This document shows positions 30,268 through 39,516 of a stretch of DNA of 64,000 nucleotides, piece after piece. The stretch comes from a phage: assembly GCA_020773975.1 (NCBI GenBank), contig GCA_020773975.1_3638.1, one strand, 5' to 3'. The translations under genes and the position numbers were made by a program. The notes under the pieces are model-generated. The model saw only the letters and a program-made list of their open reading frames with translations. It made no database searches and was not told the DNA's origin. How positions within the stretch are numbered: position 1 is the first letter of the stretch; every line of letters begins with the position of its first letter.

Positions 30268-31083
30268 GTGACAGAGATATTCTGTATGAACTGGAATGAA
30301 GAGTTTACAACCAAAGAGATAAGGTATCTCAAAACACGACTCTTTTTCAAAAAGAGGAATACCAAAGCGAGAGGTATAGAGTTTAATCTGACAGAAGATG
30401 ACTGGTTTATGATGGGCAACGGATTACTTGGGAAAGGTGTTTGTGATTACACAGGCCTACCTTTTTCTGCAACACCTAATGACCCCCTCTACCCGTCTGT
30501 TGAACGAATAGATGACAAAAAAGGGTATGTTCGTGGAAACGTTTGTGTAGTCGGTAAGAGAGCAAACCAGTTAAAAGATTTTCTTGTAGACAAAAAGAAA
30601 GCTCTAACGATTGTAGATCCACTCGACATGGATATCGTCCAAGGAATGATGTTAAATATGTCAAAGGATCACTTGGAAAAGTTAAAACTTAAATACATAC
30701 CTACGGAAACAGATATGAAAGAGACAGAGAACGTAATTATTGATGAGCAGGTTGAAGAGATGAAAGAAAAATCTCTTCCTGACGATGTTGAAATTGCACT
30801 TGCATACGCAAACTACTGTAAAACATTTGCGGAAGCAGGTATGAATGTTAGCGTTACTTATGCACAATTTAAAGCTAAATATTCAAGAAACACCTGTTCT
30901 CTAACAGGGGAGAAGTTAACAAAAACACCAAAACCTATTCTCATTATGGATTTAGATCTTGGGTTCGCAAAAGACAACTTTATTATTGTTTCTGAAAAGA
31001 TGGAAACAGCATTAACACAACTCATGATCAATACGAAAATGAGTTTACCAAAAATTACAGCTATGCTGAACAAGGTGGTTTAA
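30268..31083 (+). CDS. hypothetical protein with two repeated domains, possible HNH-like endonuclease (tentative)
   Basis: ORF-track start is GTG; first ATG at 30286; motif PSVERIDDKKGYVRGNVCVVGKRAN recalls endonuclease/DNA-binding modules. Confidence 0.35.
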   Translation: MTEIFCMNWNEEFTTKEIRYLKTRLFFKKRNTKARGIEFNLTEDDWFMMGNGLLGKGVCDYTGLPFSATPNDPLYPSVERIDDKKGYVRGNVCVVGKRANQLKDFLVDKKKALTIVDPLDMDIVQGMMLNMSKDHLEKLKLKYIPTETDMKETENVIIDEQVEEMKEKSLPDDVEIALAYANYCKTFAEAGMNVSVTYAQFKAKYSRNTCSLTGEKLTKTPKPILIMDLDLGFAKDNFIIVSEKMETALTQLMINTKMSLPKITAMLNKVV

Positions 31084-31271
31084 TGAAAGATTCTCTACCA
31101 AAACCGTGTCCGTTTTGTAAAAATGATGCACTTCTGCTTAAACAATCACGCTCTGGTCAAACAATATTTCACTACATTTACTGCCAGAAATGTGGAACAT
31201 CTGGGCCACAGGCTCTGAGTGAGCCTACTGCTGTAAGTTGGTGGAATGTCGGTAATAAAGAGGTAAAATAA
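31083..31271 (+). CDS. Lar-family restriction alleviation protein (Zn ribbon)
   Basis: 62 aa; KPCPFC ... CQKCGTSGP ... AVSWWN matches the Lar-family pattern CPFCG...C..CG..GP...A...WN. Confidence 0.55.
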   Translation: MKDSLPKPCPFCKNDALLLKQSRSGQTIFHYIYCQKCGTSGPQALSEPTAVSWWNVGNKEVK

Positions 31272-31272
31272 T

Positions 31273-31536
31273 ATGTTTGAAGAGATTCTTGGAAGGCCAG
31301 CTACCGATCAAGAAGCCCAGATGATTGAATCTGGAAAGAAACCAAATTTTAAAGTTGGTGATAGGGTTCGTTATAAAAATGCCAGAAACGTTATAACTTC
31401 TGTAGAGGCTATAGTATTATTTATGTTCCCACACCAACCAACTGGAGGACAAGTTCCGGTATGGGGAGCCAGATTAACTGGCGGTAATAATTTTATGCCG
31501 CTTGATACCATAGAATTATTTACAAGTAAAAAATAA
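31273..31536 (+). CDS. hypothetical protein
   Basis: ORF-track ORF in co-directional array. Confidence 0.45.
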   Translation: MFEEILGRPATDQEAQMIESGKKPNFKVGDRVRYKNARNVITSVEAIVLFMFPHQPTGGQVPVWGARLTGGNNFMPLDTIELFTSKK

Positions 31537-31544
31537 CAAGTATA

Positions 31545-31573
31545 ATAGGCTGTCGAAAGATAGCCTATTTTTG
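31545..31573 (+). terminator. possible rho-independent terminator
   Basis: ATAGGCT-(10 nt loop)-AGCCTAT followed by TTTTTG. Confidence 0.4.
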
Positions 31574-31587
31574 TATGGAGCATAATT

Positions 31588-33024
31588 ATGCAAAAAGACG
31601 AACATGAAATGATTGCCAAGTTAGAGAAGGATGCTGTAAAAGTTATCCAATCGGCACGAATAGCTCTTTTAAAGTACAGACCATTTTACGGGACTTTGTT
31701 AAGTTCTCTACCCTTAGTTGCTAACTGGAAATGGTTGCCAACAGCAGCGACTGATCACAAAAACCTCTACTTCAACCCTGAGTTTATTATGGGTATGCCT
31801 GAAGAAAGGAAGAAGAAGGTTTTTGAGCGTGTGGATAATCACCCCACAATGACACAACAAGAAAAAGATGACTATAAAGACTATGTGAACGTATTTTATC
31901 GTAAGAAAACACCCAAAGAGGTTGTTGTTATTCTTATGCACGAGCTACGTCATATTACTAACGATCATTTATCCCGTGGAAAAGCATTTGATTCTAAAAC
32001 CTACAACACAGCAGCAGATCATTATATTAACACGGATTTAGTGGTGTCTGATCTTGGGCCACGCTCCAGCCAGATGTGTTTCTTCCCAATGGGGAAACAG
32101 ACAACCTTTGACAAAGGTAAAGAGTTTGGGTTTATGGCTTATTGCTACTGTGATTTTAATTTCCACGGTAAGACAGCGGAGGAGATTTACAGTCTCATAA
32201 ACAAAGGCCAACCGTCTGTTGGTAAACCTATGGGCACACACATAGGTGATTATGATCAAGACAGCAATATCCTAGGATATGAAGATCCTCACCCAGTGCC
32301 AAGCCAAGCAGAAAAAGATGATAATATGTCGTGGTCATCTGGTCTTATCGAGGCCGCGATGGAAGCAGCGGGAGGAGAGGGGCCGAAAGAGGTGCGTGAC
32401 GTTATTGCAAGAATGCGTAAACCACACATAAATTATCTTCAGATAATCAAACAGCGTATGCTTTCTCGGATCAAGTCTAACCTGACATACAGGAAACCAT
32501 CTCGTAGGTCTGGATCTATGACACAGGCACTTCGGCAGTATGGAGCTATTGGAAAAAAACAGCATATTGTTTTACCAGGAAGGGAGTACGATAATACTAT
32601 AGATATAGTTATTGGCTTCGATGTGTCTGGATCAATTTCGAAGGCGAATTTAGACAAAATCTTCGGAGAAATTGTAGGATTATGCCAGCTTTACCGCGTT
32701 TTTCGCGTGACATTGTTCTGTTGGTCAACAAAAGTCGGAGAGGTTAAAGTTTATACACATGATAATATCAAGGAAATGCTTGATTATAAAGTAAATTCTA
32801 CGGGTGGGACACTTGCAGCATCGGCTTTTGAGTATATTGAAAATAACATTTTTGATGCAAAAGACGTTATTATTTTTACAGACGGATATATAGAGGATTT
32901 AAGACACAAGAAAAAAGATTGGGGACGCAAATGGGATATTCTTTGGGTTATTTGTGGTCGCGGAAATAATAAATTTGTACCACCTTTCGGAAGGGCTGTA
33001 AATTTAGATGAACACGCAAAATAA
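31588..33024 (+). CDS. vWA-domain protein with N-terminal putative metallopeptidase-like domain
   Basis: HExxH-type motif LMHELRHI; MIDAS motif IVIGFDVSGSIS and FTDGY; 478 aa; candidate partner of the MoxR-like ATPase. Confidence 0.65.
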   Translation: MQKDEHEMIAKLEKDAVKVIQSARIALLKYRPFYGTLLSSLPLVANWKWLPTAATDHKNLYFNPEFIMGMPEERKKKVFERVDNHPTMTQQEKDDYKDYVNVFYRKKTPKEVVVILMHELRHITNDHLSRGKAFDSKTYNTAADHYINTDLVVSDLGPRSSQMCFFPMGKQTTFDKGKEFGFMAYCYCDFNFHGKTAEEIYSLINKGQPSVGKPMGTHIGDYDQDSNILGYEDPHPVPSQAEKDDNMSWSSGLIEAAMEAAGGEGPKEVRDVIARMRKPHINYLQIIKQRMLSRIKSNLTYRKPSRRSGSMTQALRQYGAIGKKQHIVLPGREYDNTIDIVIGFDVSGSISKANLDKIFGEIVGLCQLYRVFRVTLFCWSTKVGEVKVYTHDNIKEMLDYKVNSTGGTLAASAFEYIENNIFDAKDVIIFTDGYIEDLRHKKKDWGRKWDILWVICGRGNNKFVPPFGRAVNLDEHAK

Positions 33025-33442
33025 ATTAAAAGTTTTCGACATGTTAGTGGATATTCACTTCCTGTCTCTAGGGTGTGCCATAGATATATCATGGAAGAGT
33101 TGGAACGGTGGTAAATTTATTTTTGGGTCGCTTAGACAAGATACCACAAAATATTTTGTAAGTTGCACAAGGAAATCTCTTGAAATACAGAAATTTTTTG
33201 GGTCTGGTTGGAAAACATTAATTGATCCCAGCATGACACTTGACCCACAAAATATATCAGAGAGTGAAAAACTCTTGGTAAATATTCTCCCAGGACTCAC
33301 AGATTTTGAGAGGGAACTCTACGAAGTGGCTGGGAATGTGGCTAAAATGTGGGCAGATGACCACACACAAGAAACGGATGCAAGGGAGTACGTGAGGAAG
33401 TTTCTCCATAGTCATCTCGATTGGGATACACCAGAAGAGTAA
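33008..33442 (+). CDS. hypothetical protein
   Basis: ORF-track ORF in co-directional array. Confidence 0.45.
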   Translation: MNTQNKLKVFDMLVDIHFLSLGCAIDISWKSWNGGKFIFGSLRQDTTKYFVSCTRKSLEIQKFFGSGWKTLIDPSMTLDPQNISESEKLLVNILPGLTDFERELYEVAGNVAKMWADDHTQETDAREYVRKFLHSHLDWDTPEE

Positions 33443-33479
33443 AATTTAACCACACAGGGAGGCTAACGCACGTAGTCTC

Positions 33480-33535
33480 CCATATGTCCCCATTTCAGGG
33501 ACATGGGTATGTCCCTGTTTTGGGGACACAATACT
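33480..33535. promoter_or_regulatory. cluster of GTCCC/GGGAC palindromes
   Basis: ATGTCCCCATTTCAGGGACATGGGTATGTCCCTGTTTTGGGGACAC: four half-sites forming two palindromes. Confidence 0.45.
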
Positions 33536-33539
33536 AACT

Positions 33540-33740
33540 GATCAAATTAAACTAACTTATAAGATCTATTAAATATAATACTACGTATTATAATACTATG
33601 ATCTATTTAATATAATATATTATACTACGTATAATATAATTTAATATGATCTAATATAATATAATATAAATTATATAATATAATTTAATATAATACTACG
33701 TATTATATATTATAATATATATATTATATAAAATTTATTT
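33540..33740. repeat. AT-rich iteron region (candidate origin of replication)
   Basis: About 200 bp of roughly 90 percent A+T with three copies of GATCTA(T)TTAATATAATA and three copies of ACTACGTAT. Confidence 0.6.
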
Positions 33741-33750
33741 AAAATACACT

Positions 33751-33895
33751 AAGTCTTGAAGAATGTCAAGACTTGATTTTAAATATTTTTGTTGATATGA
33801 TTCGATTGAGTCGAATCGTATGGTTCGATGATTTCGAATCATAGAGTTCATAGTGTTTTGCCTGAAAGTGTGAGTCGATGAGACTCTTCAGGCAA
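33751..33895. promoter_or_regulatory. series of perfect palindromes/hairpins
   Basis: AAGTCTTGA-AGAATG-TCAAGACTT (33751-33774), GATTCGA-TTGAG-TCGAATC, TTCGAATC repeats, GCCTGAA...GAGTC-GATGA-GACTC...TTCAGGC. Confidence 0.5.
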
Positions 33896-34183
33896 TACGT
33901 GAGTGTGTAAGATGCTCACTGCGCTGATAGCTTGTGACCATCTAACCCTCATGAGCCATTCTGAGATAAACCCACATCAACAAACCCTACAGGTTTGTCT
34001 CTGTGTGTTGATCTCAATCATGGATTCGGGTTGTCACAGGTCACTATGTGACTCTGTGTGTGGGGGATTTTGAATGTGTACCGGAGCATGGCGCACAGGA
34101 CTGGTTCATCTGTCTGTCTCAACTGGGGCGCGGCGGGTGTCAAGGTTTAGTTTTACGTTTGTTTGGGTGTGGAGGAGAGTTTT

Positions 34184-34501
34184 ATGGCCTACGATGAAAA
34201 TTCTATCCGTGTGCTGTCACCTGAGGATATCAAACAACGATTTGACTGGGTACGCATCGGGGATTTGGTTCACGAATATAACTTACCTGTGGATTGGGTC
34301 AGACGTGGTTTTGAAGCGTGCTGGAGGTTAGACATCGATCCTGATTATTTTATCAACAAGTACATCCTCAAGCAGGATGTTGATCCTGTACCTGATTTTG
34401 AGGCTGTTTTTAAGGAGATTGTTATGGAGTCTCGATTCAAGGATCAGGTATGCACTCGGCAGTCTCAAAAACGCACCTACGAATCAGATTTGCAAATGTA
34501 G
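34184..34501 (+). CDS. hypothetical protein
   Basis: ATG at 34184 preceded by GGAGGAGAG; the ORF-track start at 34163 is TTG. Confidence 0.5.
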   Translation: MAYDENSIRVLSPEDIKQRFDWVRIGDLVHEYNLPVDWVRRGFEACWRLDIDPDYFINKYILKQDVDPVPDFEAVFKEIVMESRFKDQVCTRQSQKRTYESDLQM

Positions 34502-34580
34502 CCTACGGATAGGTAAAAACATCAACGAAAATCGATTCTCCGCTGGATCTACAGAGTAAATTTTCAATTTTCGGAGAAAA

Positions 34581-34955
34581 ATGATGAAACGTACCATGAC
34601 AGATAAAGAGCGCGAAATTGCCCTCCAGTTAGCAAGAGAAAAAAGAGAGCAACAAAAGCGAGAATGGACTGCGCTGGCAGAAGCGGGAAAAATACGCCAA
34701 CATTTCGCTGACGCTAATCACTGGACAAGGCTTCGTAGCAAGTATAGGATTTCGTCTCCGTACAAATTAGCTCCCGCAGAAAGTGAGCATGGAATGAAAA
34801 TTCTTAGACGAACGATCAGACTGACCGGAGGATTCGAGTGGTTCAATGAGTCTTTCGGTATGGACATCAAGCAGTTTGTCAGAATGAACCATACGTGGCC
34901 TGCATACGCCATTCAGGGGATCATCCTTGAAGAGTGGGATGATTATCAGAATTGA
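34581..34955 (+). CDS. hypothetical protein
   Basis: ATG preceded by GGAGA. Confidence 0.5.
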   Translation: MMKRTMTDKEREIALQLAREKREQQKREWTALAEAGKIRQHFADANHWTRLRSKYRISSPYKLAPAESEHGMKILRRTIRLTGGFEWFNESFGMDIKQFVRMNHTWPAYAIQGIILEEWDDYQN

Positions 34956-35048
34956 TTTTTGTTGTATTTCTGGTAGCCAACTGGTATGTTTATTACAGGG
35001 AGTGATAAACACCCCTGTGTTACTTGTTTTATACAGGAGAGTTGATAT

Positions 35049-35663
35049 ATGTCTTGGCCTTTTTTGATTTATCTTATTGATGTTCTTAGTACGGATGGGA
35101 AGTATGATGGCTGGGGATTCTTGTTGTTTCTGTGTGTTATTGTATACATGCTGATGCGTATTCTTCCAAAGATCCTCGAAAAACCTAAGCTGGATATCTA
35201 TCCAGGACAAAACCTTGTTTTAGCACAAGACTGGTCACGATTTAAAGCCGGAGATGTTCTTGTTGTGAAGGATACTGCGGGTGGTGATGTTCTTCTTCGC
35301 CACGGGGAGGAATCACTTGGTTATTGGGTGGGTAAGAGCATTTTACGAAAAGTGTGCAAACTTGATGAAAAACAAGAATATATCCCACAGCAAGATGCGA
35401 TGGAAACACCGCGAAAGTTAACTGTTATTGCTATGGTTGTCTGTGTAATAGGTATTCTATATGCCAACTTCATGCCGCAGAAAGAGACTTCTTACAAGAT
35501 GCTTGCTGCGTATGTAGGTCAAAACATTGTAGAATCTCCAAGGACTCAACAACTTGCAGACAGCACAATCAAGTATCTGGATGCCCAAATCAAGAAGTAC
35601 ACCCAAGAATTGGGTGACGAGGGGAGTAAGGAGTCTAAGCCTGGTGAGAAGGTGAAAGAATGA
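35049..35663 (+). CDS. membrane protein
   Basis: N-terminal TM (WGFLLFLCVIVYMLM) and a second TM (LTVIAMVVCVIGILYA); AGGAGAG SD. Confidence 0.5.
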   Translation: MSWPFLIYLIDVLSTDGKYDGWGFLLFLCVIVYMLMRILPKILEKPKLDIYPGQNLVLAQDWSRFKAGDVLVVKDTAGGDVLLRHGEESLGYWVGKSILRKVCKLDEKQEYIPQQDAMETPRKLTVIAMVVCVIGILYANFMPQKETSYKMLAAYVGQNIVESPRTQQLADSTIKYLDAQIKKYTQELGDEGSKESKPGEKVKE

Positions 35664-36025
35664 TGGGAAAGCCATTTGAAATAAAACGAATAGCGTTGGA
35701 CTTTGATGATACTTTCACGCTAGATACTGAGAGATGGTCACAATTTGTTGCTATATTCGCAGCAAAAGATTCAGGTTGGTGTGTTAAATTTGTTACTTAT
35801 CGATTCGACTCAGATGATAACTCTGATATCCAGTTTTGGGCTGAAAAACTAGGTATCGAAATAATTTATTGCAATGGTATCCAGAAAGCACAAGTTTGTG
35901 CAGAACTTGGTTGGATCCCAGATGTGTGGATAGACGATTTTCCTGTTCTCATTCCTGTGAAACAACAACTACAGGGTATGCTTTTAGGAATAGAAAATAA
36001 CGAAGAAAAACACAATGTTAAGTAG
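35660..36025 (+). CDS. hypothetical protein
   Basis: ATGATG start overlapping the upstream stop. Confidence 0.5.
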   Translation: MMGKPFEIKRIALDFDDTFTLDTERWSQFVAIFAAKDSGWCVKFVTYRFDSDDNSDIQFWAEKLGIEIIYCNGIQKAQVCAELGWIPDVWIDDFPVLIPVKQQLQGMLLGIENNEEKHNVK

Positions 36026-36262
36026 TTTAAGGGGGAGTGTTGAGAAGCGTTGCGTATTACAAATTCAAATGTTGGGAGAAACTCTATGATTTGAGCTACC
36101 TTATTTTTGGGAATCTCCCTGTCACTGAAGACATTAAACACAAAATGTATCTTGCATACATGAAATACCGTCTCCACGAAAGAAAGAGTGGTTGATGAGA
36201 ATGTTATGATGCCCTGTAGATACTCTCTACAGGGCTTGAATGCTTAATCACAGGACTTACCA

Positions 36263-37087
36263 ATGACAAGTATTTTACACACGACAGGTATTTTACCACA
36301 CTATCAGAAGGACTATTCTTTCCCTGATTTCTCTGGGGATATGTTGCAAATATACGACAAAGTGCAAGGCGAAGTGTCGGAGCTACAGTTTAGTTCAGAC
36401 CCTGATGATGAGCAAGAGTTTGATAAACAGATTTGTCGTGTAGAAAACGAGCTTATAGAGCTACAATCATTAGCCAAATCAACAGATATCGAAGACTTAA
36501 GGCGATACGTCGAGAATCTTGAAAATTTAGTGTTCGGGCTTTCGCAAGCTATTATAAACATTGGTGAAATTGCTAAAATTGCCTCTGACAAGTTGCCAGA
36601 CAACGCAGAAGATATTGAAGAAGCGTTGCAGAATATCTGCTATGAAGGAAGTTCTGCTCTCGGTTGTGAATGTAATCTAGGAAATGCTCTTGAAGAACGT
36701 GGGTGGAGCCTAGCCCAAAAAACTTTTGTTTATCTTGTTATTGGTGGTGAGTTCCCACGACTTTTACAACTTAATGCCCTTTTTGGAAACAGTCAGAGCG
36801 ATAATATTGCATTAGGTATTGATGGTTGGTTCTGCTTAAGAGGTAAAGAATTAACATTTTGTCGTGGCGATGATGTGTTAATTCTCAATGCTTCTAAACC
36901 TGGTGTTGGAATAACAGTAAGACTTAATGGTAAGTCCACTAATTTCCACACCACAGAATTGACAGATATTTTTATGGACATATTCGATCCTACAGAAGAC
37001 GAAATTCTTATGTATGAAATGACCAGTGGAAAAAGGTATGATATTTTGTTGTGGAGAAATATTTTCGGTAAGAAGAAAAGTTTATAG
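36263..37087 (+). CDS. hypothetical protein
   Basis: 274-aa acidic ORF. Confidence 0.5.
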   Translation: MTSILHTTGILPHYQKDYSFPDFSGDMLQIYDKVQGEVSELQFSSDPDDEQEFDKQICRVENELIELQSLAKSTDIEDLRRYVENLENLVFGLSQAIINIGEIAKIASDKLPDNAEDIEEALQNICYEGSSALGCECNLGNALEERGWSLAQKTFVYLVIGGEFPRLLQLNALFGNSQSDNIALGIDGWFCLRGKELTFCRGDDVLILNASKPGVGITVRLNGKSTNFHTTELTDIFMDIFDPTEDEILMYEMTSGKRYDILLWRNIFGKKKSL

Positions 37088-37114
37088 TATGATATTTTAT
37101 CGCTGATATTTGTT

Positions 37115-37142
37115 TTCCCTGTGATATTTTTGTCACAGGGAA
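37115..37142 (+). other. perfect 10-bp hairpin
   Basis: TTCCCTGTGA-TATTTTTG-TCACAGGGAA directly after the preceding stop; no U-tract. Confidence 0.4.
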
Positions 37143-37359
37143 AGTTTCAACAACAGATATTTTCTTGATACTTTAAAACTCTACCAGAATTTAAAATTCT
37201 GTAAATTTAGAAAACTATTACTTATAAGCGTTTCGACACAATTTTGTTATGAAAGCCTTGTTTTTATATAAAAACCTGTTTTAGCATGAGTGGTAGGATC
37301 ACACTCCATACTACCTTTATTCCTACAGATGAGCACCTCCATGTCCGAAAACTCGGTTC

Positions 37360-37560
37360 TCGATCGAAAATTCATTTTCCAGATCGTATTTGCTCCTTAC
37401 GGAGAAAATTTTTTAGGGCTACAAATTTCAGTTCTCGATCAGTTTTTCGATTTCAAAATCGTATTTGTTTTTTCTTGCGAAAAATTTCGCACGCTCAGTT
37501 CTCGATCGAGTTTTCAAAATCGAAATCGTATTTGCTCTATAGCGCGAAAAAATTTTTATG
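37360..37560. repeat. three imperfect direct repeats of about 65 bp (GTTCTCGATC ... ATCGTATTTG ... GMGAAAAATTTTT)
   Basis: GTTCTCGATC begins at 37366, 37431 and 37498; each unit also contains ATCGTATTTG and an A-run/T-run; a fourth diverged copy is at 45983. Confidence 0.6.
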
Positions 37561-37909
37561 GGTATCATAATTCTATCACACACTTAAACGCAAAGCAACA
37601 TAAAAATTTTTGTTGAATGATAATCATTCTTATTTGCATAATGACAGGCAGGAGCGGTGTCTTATCCTCCCCCGTTGACCATCGTCGCCGTAGTTTGAAG
37701 TTTATAGCCGTTCTCGGCTTATATCTTTGTTAGATATAGATTAGCATAATTGATAAAGAAAGCAAGTTTTAGGCATAATCTTTACGTTTCTTTACAAATT
37801 TATTTTTGACGAGTTACCGGCGATCGACCTTCCAACCAGCGCCCTGATATGTTAGCCCCGCCTTTACGCCGTGGGGATGGCGTTTCCTCTTCTGTATGTG
37901 AAACATTAT

Positions 37910-37932
37910 AAGCCCGACCCCCGGGCTTGTCA
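37910..37932 (-). terminator. hairpin downstream of the minus-strand HTH gene
   Basis: AAGCCCG-GGGGT-CGGGCTT on the minus strand followed by a partly T-rich tract. Confidence 0.4.
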
Positions 37933-37939
37933 AACATTT

Positions 37940-38206
37940 TTATTGTTTATTTTCTTGCCAGGTTAGGACACCTAGCCAGAAATGGCAATCACCTTTCGCC
38001 CATTGTGGTATATTGCTTTCTTTCCCACCTTCCCGCGCCCAGGAATAACCGCCCGTGTAACTTTGCAATTGATAACTATCCTCGACCTTATAATCTGACA
38101 GGCTGAGAACTGTTTCTACCTTTAAGCCCGTTGCGCTCGCTACCTGGTGGATAGTTCCCCCTTGCCAGCCTAACGCGTGCATAAGGTGCAATGTGGTAGT
38201 GGTCAT
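37940..38206 (-). CDS. small HTH-containing protein, candidate transcriptional regulator
   Basis: 88 aa; GGTIHQVASATGLKVETVLSL resembles a helix-turn-helix; GAGGAA SD 9 nt upstream of ATG; the only minus-strand gene inside the plus block, divergent from the small-ORF cassette. Confidence 0.45.
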   Translation of the reverse strand: MTTTTLHLMHALGWQGGTIHQVASATGLKVETVLSLSDYKVEDSYQLQSYTGGYSWAREGGKESNIPQWAKGDCHFWLGVLTWQENKQ

Positions 38207-38235
38207 TTTTTCTATTCCTCTGTTAGTTGGCTAGT

Positions 38236-38285
38236 TGTTAAAATTATATCTATAACCAGCCAGGTTAGCAAGGCAAATAAAAGAG
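38236..38285 (-). promoter_or_regulatory. putative sigma70 promoter for the HTH gene
   Basis: Minus strand TTGCTA-17 nt-TATAAT. Confidence 0.4.
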
Positions 38286-38340
38286 AAAAATTTTTTAAAA
38301 ATAGTATTGACAGCGGGGGTAGTATAGATCTACTATGTGC
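38286..38340 (+). promoter_or_regulatory. sigma70-like promoter with AT-rich UP element (copy 1 of a duplicated 27-bp module)
   Basis: AAAAATTTTTTAAAAATAGTATTGACA (38286-38312), then TACTAT at 38331-38336 (18-nt spacer). Confidence 0.5.
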
Positions 38341-38391
38341 ACATCAAGGCGATACACCGCCACCAACCAACCTAAAAAGGGGTGAATTAAT

Positions 38392-38739
38392 ATGAAAACC
38401 ATCGTTAACGCTGAGAATGTATCTTTTGATAAGTTGAGCGACGCACAAAAAGAAAAAGCCATTGATCTTATTCGTGAGCGTGAAAGAGAAAGTAATAATG
38501 ATTTCTTTGCTGATAGTGTCATTGAAGACTATAAGAATGACATTTTGCCAGAGTACGGGATCGATGACGCGGTTATCTATTGGTCAGGATTCTGGTCGCA
38601 AGGCGACGGCGCATCAATCAGCACTGACCGCGTGGATATTGAAAAATTTTTAAGAAAAGTTAAATCTTTAACAAAATTCAGAGGGATCCGCAAACTATTT
38701 GATATTGATGAAGATGGAAAAGTTTACGCTATCGCTTAA
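38392..38739 (+). CDS. hypothetical protein
   Basis: AGGGGTGA SD; 115 aa acidic. Confidence 0.55.
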   Translation: MKTIVNAENVSFDKLSDAQKEKAIDLIRERERESNNDFFADSVIEDYKNDILPEYGIDDAVIYWSGFWSQGDGASISTDRVDIEKFLRKVKSLTKFRGIRKLFDIDEDGKVYAIA

Positions 38740-38779
38740 AAGTGCTTGCATTCAGTTTTAAAATAGGAGGTAAATAAAA

Positions 38780-39136
38780 ATGGCAATCAAGGCAATCATG
38801 TTAGAACTTACAGACTTCCGTAATACTGTAAAAAATTTAACCAAAAAACAGGTTGATAATATTATCAACGGATACCGTAGCAAGATTAAAGATCTTCCGC
38901 TTAAACGCGATCAACATGCGGCTAATATGATGCTTGACGCTATGATCAAAAAGATGATTCAGTGCGATCTTACTCTGGCTTATGAATACGCTGGCGATCT
39001 CTTTGTAACGTATAATAAGCCAGTGCCAGGCATGTGCACCACGGAAGAATTGCACGCCCTGAATCTAAAACAAGATGCATGGGATAATATGCGCCGCGTT
39101 ATGGTGTGGGCAGAAAGCGGTAAAATTTATCAATAA
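38780..39136 (+). CDS. hypothetical protein
   Basis: AGGAGGT SD. Confidence 0.55.
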   Translation: MAIKAIMLELTDFRNTVKNLTKKQVDNIINGYRSKIKDLPLKRDQHAANMMLDAMIKKMIQCDLTLAYEYAGDLFVTYNKPVPGMCTTEELHALNLKQDAWDNMRRVMVWAESGKIYQ

Positions 39137-39142
39137 AGATAG

Positions 39143-39189
39143 TTGTCTTTTAGTTATGCCGTGGTAGAATACACGGCATAGATAAGAGA
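39143..39189 (+). promoter_or_regulatory. promoter-palindrome module (type B, copy 1)
   Basis: -35 TTGTCT (39143-39148), 16-nt spacer, -10 TAGAAT (39165-39170); inverted repeat TATGCCGTG (39155-39163) / CACGGCATA (39172-39180) brackets the -10; followed by GATAAGAGA. Confidence 0.5.
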
Positions 39190-39212
39190 AACTACTTATC
39201 AGAGTTTAAAAG

Positions 39213-39431
39213 ATGAAAAATATTACGGGTAAAACCGAGCTATTAAAGGCGCTTTCTGTCGGTGAGTCAGCTTTATGGGTATGTGAAAAAGATCGCCTAC
39301 CGTCGCGTGAGATGGCCTTGTTTAAGGCTTTATCTTTGAAGCTGAAAATTAAATTATCCCAAAAATTAGCGGTTGTTGCCGCACCTGGGGAAACTGCTTT
39401 CAGTATCGTAATGGTTAAAAGGTTGGAGTAG
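39213..39431 (+). CDS. hypothetical protein
   Basis: 72-aa ORF downstream of the promoter module. Confidence 0.45.
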   Translation: MKNITGKTELLKALSVGESALWVCEKDRLPSREMALFKALSLKLKIKLSQKLAVVAAPGETAFSIVMVKRLE

Positions 39432-39449
39432 AAAAAATTAAAAATTATA

Positions 39450-39478
39450 TTGACAAGCAAAACAGCAAAAATTAAACT
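39450..39478 (+). promoter_or_regulatory. sigma70-like promoter
   Basis: TTGACA-17 nt-TAAACT with an A-rich upstream tract. Confidence 0.4.
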
Positions 39479-39516
39479 TACACACAGTTAAATAAACAAT
39501 ATTAACGAGGTAAATC

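Noticed and set aside
33790-33850. tRNA-like T-arm motif (TTCGAATC)
   Set aside because: The flanking bases do not form a T-stem and no acceptor or anticodon arms can be drawn; it is part of a palindrome cluster. No tRNA was recognised anywhere in the window by eye.
37360-37560. Possible CRISPR array
   Set aside because: Only three units, repeats are imperfect and about 65 bp long, with no unique spacer structure and no cas genes.
37286-37616. Two overlapping plus-strand ORFs (94 and 108 aa) across the direct-repeat array
   Set aside because: Low-complexity Phe/Ser/Arg-rich translations generated by the repeats themselves, no SD, and they overlap each other in different frames; treated as non-coding.
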